The translations under genes and the position numbers were made by a program. Of a stretch of DNA of 32,000 nt, positions 8,164 to 16,498 are shown piece after piece. The number at the start of each line of letters is the position of its first letter. Position 1 is the stretch's first letter. Source of the DNA: Betaproteobacteria bacterium (GTDB lineage Bacteria; Pseudomonadota; Gammaproteobacteria; Burkholderiales; Burkholderiaceae_C). The notes beneath the pieces were generated by a model, which worked only from the letters and a program-made list of their open reading frames with translations, did no database searches and had not been told where the DNA came from. The stretch spans positions 1-32,000 of the forward strand of contig RFYK01000004.1 of assembly GCA_009925585.1 (NCBI GenBank), read 5' to 3'.

Positions 8164-10602
8164 GTGGCCGGCAGCCATGAAAGGTTTCGATTGCGCATAC
8201 TTGGCGGCCCTGCGCCTGTGTTGCTGGCTTGGTCGGCCGCTACGTTTCTTCAACTGTTTCAGCCGGTGTTGTGGCCGCAAAGCCATTACGCAGCGATGGC
8301 TGTGCTCAGTCTTTGCGTTGGGCTGATCAGTGACTGTCAGACACGGCAACTCGCGCGGGTTTGTGGGCAGATGGTGTGCGTGGCCAGCATGGCGTTTGCA
8401 CTCACCGGTTGGCGTGCGGTCTGTCTTCAGCAACACACATTAACTCCCAAGCTTGAAGGCGTCGATCTGTGGGTCATTGGCGTGGTGACCGAGATGCCGC
8501 AAGTCCGCGTGGACGGTGTTCGTTTTGCCTTTCAGGTCGAGCATGCCCGGCGCCAAGACGATGGCAATGAAGTGGCATTGCCCGATTCGATCAGTTTGGG
8601 GTGGTACAGCCAGCGTGTTGACAGCGAACCGGTGGCATTGCCAAGGCTCAGGGCTGGTGAGCGCTGGCGCTTGCCAGTCCGCCTCAAGCGCCCACATGGC
8701 TTGGTCAACCCGGGTGGGTTTGATGCGGAGCTGTGGGCTTGGTCGCAAGGTGTCCGGGCCACGGGTCAAGTGCGCGAGTCACTGGCCCCGCAACGACTGG
8801 ACAGCACATGGCTTTATCCGGTGGCGCAATGGCGGCAAGCAACCCGTGACGCGATTGCCCGCACGGTCAGTCAAACCAGATGGGCAGGGCAGATCGCCGC
8901 ATTGTTGATCGGTGACCAAGGCAGCATCGACAGCAAAGATTGGGAGGTGTTTCGCCTGACAGGTATCGCCCATTTGGTGAGCATCTCGGGTTTGCACATC
9001 ACTTTGTGGGCATGGATGGCCAGTCGGTTGGTGAGTGCGGTTTGGCGTCACAGCGATGTGTTGGGTCGATCTTGGTGTTTGACCTGTCCCGCTGTCCATG
9101 CCGGCTTGTGGGGTGGCTTGTGCTTTGCGTGGATGTATGCGGTGTTCAGCGGTTGGGGAGTCCCTGCGCAACGCACAGTGTGCATGTTGGCCGTGGCCAG
9201 TGTCTTGCAATGGCGGGCTTGCCGTTGGCCGGTGTGGGAGAGGTGGTCATTGGCCGCGGTGGCTGTGTGTGTGTGGGACCCGTGGGCTTTGTTGCAGCCA
9301 GGGTTTTGGTTGAGTTTTGTGGCGGTCGGCATGTTGTTCTTGATGCCACCATTGCCCCGTGTGGCTGCGACGTCCACCCATGTGCAACCTTCTCGTTGGC
9401 AGACATGCATCAACCCTGTGCGTCAACTGTGGCGCGAGCAATGGGGGTTGACGCTGGCACTCACGCCGCTGACCTTGTGGCTGTTTCAGCAAGTCAGTCT
9501 GGTGGGTTTGGCAGTGAACCTGTTGGCGATTCCTTGGGTCACGCTGGTGGTCACGCCGTTGGCTTTTGCAGGCATGTTGTGGTCACCATTTTGGCAAGTG
9601 TGTGGTTGGGCTTTGCAAGCGATGATGGCGGTGCTCGAGCCCTTGTCGTCGTTGCCCTGGGCGGTGTGGCACAGCGCCGCGCCACCGTGGTGGGTGGCCA
9701 TGTTGGGTTTGAGCGGTGGTGCTTTGGTCATCAGCCAGCAAAGATGGTGCTGGCGGGTGGTGGGTGCAATCGGCGTGTTGCCTGTGTTGTGTTGGCAAGC
9801 GCCGCGTCCTGCGTTGGGTGTGGCGCAATTGATGTTTGCCGACATTGGCCAAGGCAACGCGGTATGGGTGCGGACCGCGCATCACAGTTTGATGTTTGAC
9901 ACAGGGCCGCGCTTTGGTGTGGATAACGATGCCGGGCAGCGCGTGTTGTTACCTTTGCTACAGCAAATGAATGAACCCATGGACACCTTGGTTTTGAGCC
10001 ACCAAGACAGTGACCACACAGGCGGTGCGTTGAGCTTGATGGCGCAGCATGCCAAAGCCACCATCTGGTCTTCCATCACACAGGTGCACTGGCTGTCACA
10101 CCGGTTGTCAATGAAGCGTTGCGAAGCGGGGCAAGCATGGGCATGGGATGGGGTGTTGTTCGACTTCATTCATCCTTTGGCCAGTGACTATGACAAACCG
10201 TTCAGCCCCAACGCGCGCAGTTGTGTGCTGCGCATTCGCGCACAAGGACAAACGGTGCTGTTGACCGGTGACATCGAAGCCATGCAGGAGCAAGCGTTGC
10301 TGCAACGCATGGGAGACGCGCTGCGGGCGGATGTGTTGCTGGTGCCGCACCATGGCAGCAAGACATCGTCTACCGAAGGTTTCATCGACGCCGTGAAACC
10401 ACGCTGGGCGCTGTTTCAACACGGCTACCGAAACCGCTACGGTCACCCCGCACCGGTGGTGGTGCAACGCTACCTGCAACGTGGCATCCAATCCTTGTAT
10501 TCACCCAGCTGTGGTGCCATGCATTGGCGCAGTGACCAACCCGAAGCCGTGTGGTGTGAACGCGCCTTGGACAAAAGGTATTGGCGGTTTGAGGGAGGGT
10601 GA
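8164..10602 (+). CDS. comEC: DNA internalization-related competence protein ComEC/Rec2
   Basis: 812 aa with a GTG start. It has a polytopic competence domain (GIAHLVSISGLHITL) and a C-terminal metallo-beta-lactamase domain (LVLSHQDSDHTGG ... LLVPHHGSKTS). Confidence 0.9.
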   Translation: MAGSHERFRLRILGGPAPVLLAWSAATFLQLFQPVLWPQSHYAAMAVLSLCVGLISDCQTRQLARVCGQMVCVASMAFALTGWRAVCLQQHTLTPKLEGVDLWVIGVVTEMPQVRVDGVRFAFQVEHARRQDDGNEVALPDSISLGWYSQRVDSEPVALPRLRAGERWRLPVRLKRPHGLVNPGGFDAELWAWSQGVRATGQVRESLAPQRLDSTWLYPVAQWRQATRDAIARTVSQTRWAGQIAALLIGDQGSIDSKDWEVFRLTGIAHLVSISGLHITLWAWMASRLVSAVWRHSDVLGRSWCLTCPAVHAGLWGGLCFAWMYAVFSGWGVPAQRTVCMLAVASVLQWRACRWPVWERWSLAAVAVCVWDPWALLQPGFWLSFVAVGMLFLMPPLPRVAATSTHVQPSRWQTCINPVRQLWREQWGLTLALTPLTLWLFQQVSLVGLAVNLLAIPWVTLVVTPLAFAGMLWSPFWQVCGWALQAMMAVLEPLSSLPWAVWHSAAPPWWVAMLGLSGGALVISQQRWCWRVVGAIGVLPVLCWQAPRPALGVAQLMFADIGQGNAVWVRTAHHSLMFDTGPRFGVDNDAGQRVLLPLLQQMNEPMDTLVLSHQDSDHTGGALSLMAQHAKATIWSSITQVHWLSHRLSMKRCEAGQAWAWDGVLFDFIHPLASDYDKPFSPNARSCVLRIRAQGQTVLLTGDIEAMQEQALLQRMGDALRADVLLVPHHGSKTSSTEGFIDAVKPRWALFQHGYRNRYGHPAPVVVQRYLQRGIQSLYSPSCGAMHWRSDQPEAVWCERALDKRYWRFEGG

Positions 10603-10670
10603 TCACAAGGCTGATGGCTGCAGCGCAAGCGATTCATAGGCATCAGGCCCGAGGACCACCGAACAAGCTG

Positions 10671-11513
10671 TCAATCAATCCACTCAAAAAAGTGTTCTGT
10701 GACCGCAGGCCATTTGACATGGGACTCAGTCGTCACGCAGTAACGCAACACGTTACCTTGTCCACATCGCTGTACCTGACAGCCTGACACCTCAGTGTGT
10801 ACTTCTTCTGTGCACTGCATGCACTGTGCCCACCACTTGACCGTGCCTGCGCCATAGCCGGGGAACAAATCATCTTTCGGACTGTGCAGCACCGTCACAT
10901 TCAGTGGTCGAGGACAAGGCTCTTGTTGCAAATCTTCTGCGGTGATGCCAGCCGCACTCACCACGATGTTGCGGGGTGTTGGCAACACCGACGAGCGCAC
11001 GGTCAAACCCGTTGTCACACTGCCGCCATCTGAATGCCCTGCCAGCACCACCCGTTGTTCGTCAATGCACCAAGTGGCTGTGACCGCTGGCACCACCTCG
11101 GTTTGCATGCGCAATGCGCGGCTGGATAAAGGCACGGCTGAGCTAAATACCACCACATAGCCTTGGCGGTGGGCTTGTTCAGTCAGTTTGTAATAACGCT
11201 CTGATGTTTCGTTGGAAAACCCCGCAGGTGGAAACATCATCAACAAACCATAGCGATGTGTGGGCTCGTAGTTGCTGGGCGCAATCACCGAGTAGCGCAA
11301 ACCACTGGGTGTGTACAAATCCATGTGCCGACCGGCGGTGCCAGTCATGCCGGCAGGACAACCCACAGGCAGGGTGTTGAGCGAAGCCACTGCCAAGGGC
11401 AATGGCGGTTTGAACCAGCTCAGCGCCACCACATACAAAAGGCCACCCAACGCCAATGCCGCGATCAGCCATTGCCCGCGTTTGAGCCAGTGGGGCGACT
11501 TGCGTTCAGTCAT
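10671..11513 (-). CDS. Membrane-anchored alpha/beta-hydrolase esterase (PHB-depolymerase/LpqC-like); last gene of the CuMMO operon
   Basis: The ATG at 11513 (MTERKSPHWLKRGQWLIAALALGGLLYVV) gives an N-terminal anchor. The nucleophile elbow GHSDGG is present, along with a Cys-rich C-terminus ending ...ESHVKWP that is typical of this esterase family. The start overlaps the upstream copD-fusion gene by 8 nt (cATGACTGA). Confidence 0.6.
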   Translation of the reverse strand: MTERKSPHWLKRGQWLIAALALGGLLYVVALSWFKPPLPLAVASLNTLPVGCPAGMTGTAGRHMDLYTPSGLRYSVIAPSNYEPTHRYGLLMMFPPAGFSNETSERYYKLTEQAHRQGYVVVFSSAVPLSSRALRMQTEVVPAVTATWCIDEQRVVLAGHSDGGSVTTGLTVRSSVLPTPRNIVVSAAGITAEDLQQEPCPRPLNVTVLHSPKDDLFPGYGAGTVKWWAQCMQCTEEVHTEVSGCQVQRCGQGNVLRYCVTTESHVKWPAVTEHFFEWID

Positions 11514-13392
11514 GTTGATGAATCGCAGCGGATTTGATTTTGCCTTCCAAAGACAATGTGTCGTAGATCTGTTTGAGTTCGTTGATGGAAAGCGCAGAAG
11601 GGGATTCATCTGAACGCCAGCGCGCTCTGACAAACCCATAGCGATCAATCAAAAATTCCATGCGCGGGACGCGTGTTTCTTCGTTGAATAAATCGGGGGC
11701 TGCAAAGCTGCGACGGTAATTTGACCAAGCTTGCGCGATGACACCCTCTGAATCGCCCACCAAGATGGCTTCGCAAGGACCCTTGACCAAGTCTTTCAAC
11801 CATTCTGGGCGACTGACGATCACCAGTTGTGCAGGAAAGCCTTTCATGTCTTGCAATAAATCTCGCACCCTTTGCAGCTCGTTTTTTTGGTTGACAAAGA
11901 CCAAATGCACCGCGTGCAAGCCTCGCCATTCAGACAAAGACATGAAGTTGGTTGTGTCCATTTGAAATCGAAAATCAATGCTGGGCAACCAAGGGTTGAA
12001 TGGCGCAGGTGTGTTGGTCAGGCTGCGTGCCTCATGCCCCAGAGACTGCGCAACCAACCAGTTGATCAGATGCCAGCGTTCATCCACGGTCAACACATCT
12101 GCAAAACCCGGCATGAGTCCTTTGCCGTGACTGAGCCACCAAAACATGTCGCCGTGGGTATGCCAATTGACATGCGGCTCGGTCAGGTTGGCGGGTTTCA
12201 TTTGGTTCAGGATCGCCAACGGGCCATCACCATGGCCATGCAGGCCATGACAGGATTGGCAATGTTGTTCATACAAGGCATGGCCAGCGGTGACAGAAAC
12301 CACATCTAGCCGTGCAGATGAGTGCATGTACGTGGTGGGGTAGGCGGTGATGCTGGTGGCAGGCAGCGTCACCACCAATGCGGCCAGGACGCCAGTGCAA
12401 AGCGCAACCCGCGCGAGGAGTCGGAAGGTGTGACGCCCGAGCAACCACAACATGAGGCCAACCACGCCAGCTGCCGCACCCCACGCCAGTTGTTGCACTG
12501 TGCCAGTAGGGTCTTGTTGCCAGGCCAGTACAGGTGCCCAGCGAAATGAAAATGGCCACACGATCGTGTCGTGTGCGGCGGGAATGGTGCTTGCCAACCA
12601 ACTGGCCATCAACAAAACCGCCAAGGCCAAACCCAATTCGCTGGTGAGCCATGTGCGTGCCTGAGCATCAGATGTTTGCGAGCCTCTCAGCCATGTTCGC
12701 AATTGCCATGCACACACCAGTGCACCTGCAACCATCATCAACTTGAGAACCAACTGCAAGCCATAAGGCGTTGCCACCAAGCCGGCCCAGCTGGCCACCG
12801 TGTCGTTGGCCAAGCTGACACCAGAGGCCAAGATCAGCAACATGCCGGGCAGCGCCCAGGTTGAAAAATGTGCCAACGTCAGACGCCAAGTGTTTGTCGC
12901 GGCGTCACTGGTTTTGGCTCGCCACCACAATCCAATCACGCCAGACAGCCACAGTTGTGCCAACAGCACATGCAGGCTTGATACCAGCAGTTGCACCCAG
13001 CTTTCAGCAGCTGCCGCCACATGCCCCGTCAAAGCAGAACCTAGCATGGCAAGCAACAACACACACACGCTCAGCTTGTGATTTCGCAGCCACATGAGGC
13101 TTGTCAGCGCCAGCAGCAGGCAGACCACTTGTGCCAAGACAATTTGACCGACGTGCGTTTGCACCATCAATCCGAGGCTGAACGGTTCATTGCTCAAGTC
13201 TTGCAAAGTCCATGCTGTGTAACCCAAGCGAAGCAAAGCACAACACAGGGCAGAAGAAATCAACCAAGCAACGAGGCGGTGCGCCGAAAGTTTTGGCGTG
13301 TTGAATGGTGGGGTGGAAGTGGTCCAGAGCAAACCGAATGCAAACGCCATCAAGGCAGTTTGTGCACCCCTTAATGCAATGATCGGATCCAC
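11506..13392 (-). CDS. copD: CopD-family membrane protein fused to a class I cytochrome c and a C-terminal thioredoxin-like domain
   Basis: The N-terminal ~400 aa are polytopic and CopD-like. The heme motif CQSCH is encoded at 12247-12261. The C-terminal ~180 aa carry a thioredoxin-fold signature (MEFLIDRYGFVRARW) but no CxxC. The start is uncertain: a GTG at 13392 sits 2 nt after the copC stop, and ATG at 13350 is an alternative. The track start at 13533 would overlap copC. Confidence 0.7.
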   Translation of the reverse strand: MDPIIALRGAQTALMAFAFGLLWTTSTPPFNTPKLSAHRLVAWLISSALCCALLRLGYTAWTLQDLSNEPFSLGLMVQTHVGQIVLAQVVCLLLALTSLMWLRNHKLSVCVLLLAMLGSALTGHVAAAAESWVQLLVSSLHVLLAQLWLSGVIGLWWRAKTSDAATNTWRLTLAHFSTWALPGMLLILASGVSLANDTVASWAGLVATPYGLQLVLKLMMVAGALVCAWQLRTWLRGSQTSDAQARTWLTSELGLALAVLLMASWLASTIPAAHDTIVWPFSFRWAPVLAWQQDPTGTVQQLAWGAAAGVVGLMLWLLGRHTFRLLARVALCTGVLAALVVTLPATSITAYPTTYMHSSARLDVVSVTAGHALYEQHCQSCHGLHGHGDGPLAILNQMKPANLTEPHVNWHTHGDMFWWLSHGKGLMPGFADVLTVDERWHLINWLVAQSLGHEARSLTNTPAPFNPWLPSIDFRFQMDTTNFMSLSEWRGLHAVHLVFVNQKNELQRVRDLLQDMKGFPAQLVIVSRPEWLKDLVKGPCEAILVGDSEGVIAQAWSNYRRSFAAPDLFNEETRVPRMEFLIDRYGFVRARWRSDESPSALSINELKQIYDTLSLEGKIKSAAIHQHD

Positions 13393-13394
13393 GG

Positions 13395-13757
13395 TCAGGG
13401 CGTTTTGACTTTGAAGACGAACTGTCCTCGACTGGCGTGTCCATCTTTGGCCAAGACAGACCACTGCACTTCGTAGTTGTTGGCGACATGCGTGGGCAAG
13501 TTCACCAGCAACGTCAAAGTGACTGCATCCCATTGGATGTTTTCAGCGTTCACAGGCAACGGTTGGGCATTTGCGATGACCTTGATGCGGACAAATTTTT
13601 TCTCGATCGGTTCAGAAAATTTCAACCTCAATTGTTGAGGTGATTGGCCAATGACTGCATTGGCAGGTGGTTCGGTGTGTAGCAAATGGGCATGAGCGCC
13701 AACCCATGAGGGCAAACAAGCCAAGCAAACGCTCAACCAGCGTAAAACCGTGACCAT
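13395..13757 (-). CDS. copC: Copper-binding periplasmic protein CopC/PcoC
   Basis: 120 aa with a signal peptide ending VGA. The mature N-terminus is HAHLLHTEPP, the N-terminal His typical of the CopC Cu(II) site. The motif LAKDGHASRG is also present. The ATG directly abuts the upstream stop (TGAATG). Confidence 0.85.
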   Translation of the reverse strand: MVTVLRWLSVCLACLPSWVGAHAHLLHTEPPANAVIGQSPQQLRLKFSEPIEKKFVRIKVIANAQPLPVNAENIQWDAVTLTLLVNLPTHVANNYEVQWSVLAKDGHASRGQFVFKVKTP

Positions 13758-14327
13758 TCAATGTGCCTGAGTGTCTTTGGCTTCTTGCATGGCCACATCG
13801 CGTTGAAGCCGTTGACGACCGAGCTGCAAACCAAATACCGCGAGCAGCAACAAGCCCAACAAGCCCAAGGTGTATTTCCAATAACCCACACTGGATTTGC
13901 CGACAGAGAAGGGAAACACCGAGGCGTATTTGCGGTCAGCGCCCGCATACACCATGCCAACATAGTCGCCATCGTCCATGAAGTCGTGGCGCACCATCAA
14001 TGTGCCCTTGGGGTAGACCGCCGGTGACAGTTTGTAGACCTCAGGCGCCGCATCCAAGGGGCCATCCGTTTTGCGAACGATGCGAAATTCGATGGGTAAA
14101 TCCCGCAGGGCCAAATCCACCACATCCAGCACGATGATGGTTGGTCCTTTGTGCGGAATGTCTTCACAAAACTCGGTGCGCTGCGCATCTTCTTGGTAAC
14201 CCGCGAAGTGCATCATGTAAGGCCCCACGGTCAGTTTGCACATGTCTTGTTCCATGGACAAACCACCGTGAGCCCACGCCGTGGTGGTAGCCAGCCACAT
14301 GCTTGCAGCCAACCAAACGTGTTTCAT
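13758..14327 (-). CDS. PmoD/AmoD-like periplasmic protein with a C-terminal TM anchor (putative Cu protein)
   Basis: It has a signal peptide (MKHVWLAASMWLATTTAWA), a ~150-aa periplasmic domain with a C-x7-M-x-H motif (CKLTVGPYMMH), and one C-terminal TM helix (YTLGLLGLLLLAVFGL). Its position immediately after xmoB and before copCD matches amoD/pmoD. ATG at 14333 is an alternative start. Confidence 0.55.
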   Translation of the reverse strand: MKHVWLAASMWLATTTAWAHGGLSMEQDMCKLTVGPYMMHFAGYQEDAQRTEFCEDIPHKGPTIIVLDVVDLALRDLPIEFRIVRKTDGPLDAAPEVYKLSPAVYPKGTLMVRHDFMDDGDYVGMVYAGADRKYASVFPFSVGKSSVGYWKYTLGLLGLLLLAVFGLQLGRQRLQRDVAMQEAKDTQAH

Positions 14328-14334
14328 GCGCATC

Positions 14335-15573
14335 TCACAATGCCGTGAAGGTAGGCAGGATCGGTCCACCGACTTCGGTCATCAAACGGTTCCCCGATTT
14401 GTCGACGAAGAACAGCAGGCCACCGAATTTCGAGTCCACATCGGTCAAGAAACTGACCAATCGCTCGACTTCCCACAACGCATCGCTGGCTTCGAATTTG
14501 ATTTCGCGTGTTTCACCCGGCATCAAAGGCTTTTGGTCAGATAAGCCTAAACCACCGCGCGCAACCAAATCACGCGGGTAGTCTGCGCTGATGGCTTTGT
14601 CTGCGCCCGGCGCTTGTGTGTTCACAAACCGCAGGTTGGCTGTGGCGAACTCCAAAATAGAGACAGCTTCTGTGCCATGGTTGGTCATGCGTGCAGTGAC
14701 ATGCATGGCGCGACCAGGCACGTCATAGCTGGCTTTGAGCACCTTGACATCCACTGAATGGGCTGGTTTGGGCAGTGGATCGACTTTGTTGGTACCCGCT
14801 TGCAATGGCACCACATAGGGGTATTCGTGCTTGGCATACATGTAGCCGCCAAACGAGATGGCCACCACCACGACCCCCAAGATCACACCGACGGTGATGT
14901 CACGGTTGCTGATCAGCACATCCTCACGGCCTTTGTTCAAAGCGATCCAGCGTGGCAATAACAAGGGGCGCACCAACCAGAACAGCAACCAAAATGCGGC
15001 CAAGGCAAGCCAAACCGCGTACCACTTGAGTGCGCGTGCCGTGCCGTAGAACTCCAAGTTGTCAACCTCGATGCCGTTCATGGTCGTGACTTTTTGGACA
15101 TAGTCGCCTTTGGCGCCAGTCACTTCAATCCATTGACCGGGACCGACCAATGGTCCCGAGCCATGAATCGACAGCAAGGGGTGGATATGGTGACGACCAG
15201 GGACGCGGCCTTTCATGACCAACTTGAATTCGTAATCGCGGCCCAATTCAAGCTTAGAAAAAGACTGGCGTGCAGGCATGCCATTGAGGTAGCTTTCCAC
15301 CCGAGTGATCATCGGGCCAGGTGAATAAGCAGACAAAAACACCGTGTCAGGCAGGCTGACCGCGTCTGGCCAGTCTTCCATCAAACGAAAACGCCCGATC
15401 AAGGTGAACTCTTCGTTGACCTTGACACTTTGCTTGTCGTAGTGCACGTCGTAGTACTGCACAGTGCGGGTACGCAGGTACGGTTCTTGTGAGCGCTCAC
15501 CGTGGGCCCAAGCAGACTCGGTCGCGATGCCGATCAGCCCTGTCAATCCCAGCCACAGCAACAACATCTTCAT
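14335..15573 (-). CDS. xmoB: Copper membrane monooxygenase subunit B (PmoB/AmoB family)
   Basis: It aligns by eye along its whole length with M. capsulatus PmoB. The signal peptide ends AWA and is followed by HGERSQ (His33 equivalent). RVPGRHHIHP corresponds to His137/His139. Two central TM helices are present. The C-terminal cupredoxin region contains PLQAGT, VPGRAM, NHG, PGETR, WEVERL, FGGLLFF and ends GNR...PILPTF. ATG at 15639 is an alternative longer start that would overlap xmoA by 20 nt. Confidence 0.9.
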   Translation of the reverse strand: MKMLLLWLGLTGLIGIATESAWAHGERSQEPYLRTRTVQYYDVHYDKQSVKVNEEFTLIGRFRLMEDWPDAVSLPDTVFLSAYSPGPMITRVESYLNGMPARQSFSKLELGRDYEFKLVMKGRVPGRHHIHPLLSIHGSGPLVGPGQWIEVTGAKGDYVQKVTTMNGIEVDNLEFYGTARALKWYAVWLALAAFWLLFWLVRPLLLPRWIALNKGREDVLISNRDITVGVILGVVVVAISFGGYMYAKHEYPYVVPLQAGTNKVDPLPKPAHSVDVKVLKASYDVPGRAMHVTARMTNHGTEAVSILEFATANLRFVNTQAPGADKAISADYPRDLVARGGLGLSDQKPLMPGETREIKFEASDALWEVERLVSFLTDVDSKFGGLLFFVDKSGNRLMTEVGGPILPTFTAL

Positions 15574-15619
15574 TGTTTTTTGTATCAACTGCACAATTTT
15601 TCCCCTTGACGTTGAGTGC

Positions 15620-16471
15620 TCAAGCACTGGCTTTGACATCCGCTTTGGTTCCCATCAAAGCCATGACCTTGGCGTTGTTGGGCAGGAATTTCATGGAGGA
15701 CATGGCAATGCCCAAATACCACCAGGCGTAGTGCATGAAGATGCAAATGAAGCCCCCAAACAGGGCAGAGACCCAACTTGCCGAATCACCAAAGGTTCGC
15801 AGCGTGCCGCGTTCGATGATGCGGATGTACTCGGGCGTGGCCGAACGGGGATACACGTAACCGATCAGGTCGGCCATCGAAGCCATCATGCCTTGGTGAC
15901 TCACTGGCACATAAAAAGGCGCAAAGATGGTGTAGTTGGAGGGGTAGAACAAGAAGGCAAATGCAAAGCCACCAAATATCGCGGTGAACAAGGCATTGCG
16001 AAACACCAACAAGAAGACATCCAACACGATGGCACCTGCGATCATTTGTGCGGGCAACACCAAGTTCAGCGGATAGTCGGTCCACCACATGAAAGAGGCG
16101 GGGCGCGAGATCGACACCGCCACCATCAGACAAGTTGCACCCACGGTCGCACCAATGGGCAAGCGAAAGTAAGTCCAGAAGATGCCTTGCAAAGCCGCCG
16201 GGAACATGATCATTACCACGGGCGACAACAACGGCCAGTACTGTCGGTCTTTCCAATCCAAGAACATGTCCCAGTCACCAGCCAGCAACAGCACATGCAA
16301 GTGAATGGCGCCAGCGAACAGCATGATGATGGCAGCAACCACAAAAAGTTCGAAAACGCGTGAGTAATGCAGGGCTTTGGGTGACAGGCCAGAGACGCTC
16401 TCCACAGTATCGTGGGCGTGCGTTTGTCCAGCCGCAGCACCCTGAGGATGTTGCAGTGTTTCAGTGTTCAT
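15620..16471 (-). CDS. xmoA: Copper membrane monooxygenase subunit A (PmoA/AmoA family)
   Basis: 283 aa with LLLAGDWDMFLDWKDRQYWP, FRLPIGAT, LFYPSN and ATPEYIRIIERGTLRTFG, all hallmark PmoA/AmoA motifs. An AGGAG sits 7 nt upstream of the ATG. Confidence 0.9.
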   Translation of the reverse strand: MNTETLQHPQGAAAGQTHAHDTVESVSGLSPKALHYSRVFELFVVAAIIMLFAGAIHLHVLLLAGDWDMFLDWKDRQYWPLLSPVVMIMFPAALQGIFWTYFRLPIGATVGATCLMVAVSISRPASFMWWTDYPLNLVLPAQMIAGAIVLDVFLLVFRNALFTAIFGGFAFAFLFYPSNYTIFAPFYVPVSHQGMMASMADLIGYVYPRSATPEYIRIIERGTLRTFGDSASWVSALFGGFICIFMHYAWWYLGIAMSSMKFLPNNAKVMALMGTKADVKASA

Positions 16472-16498
16472 GATGAGCTCCTAGTGCGTGGCGACCGT

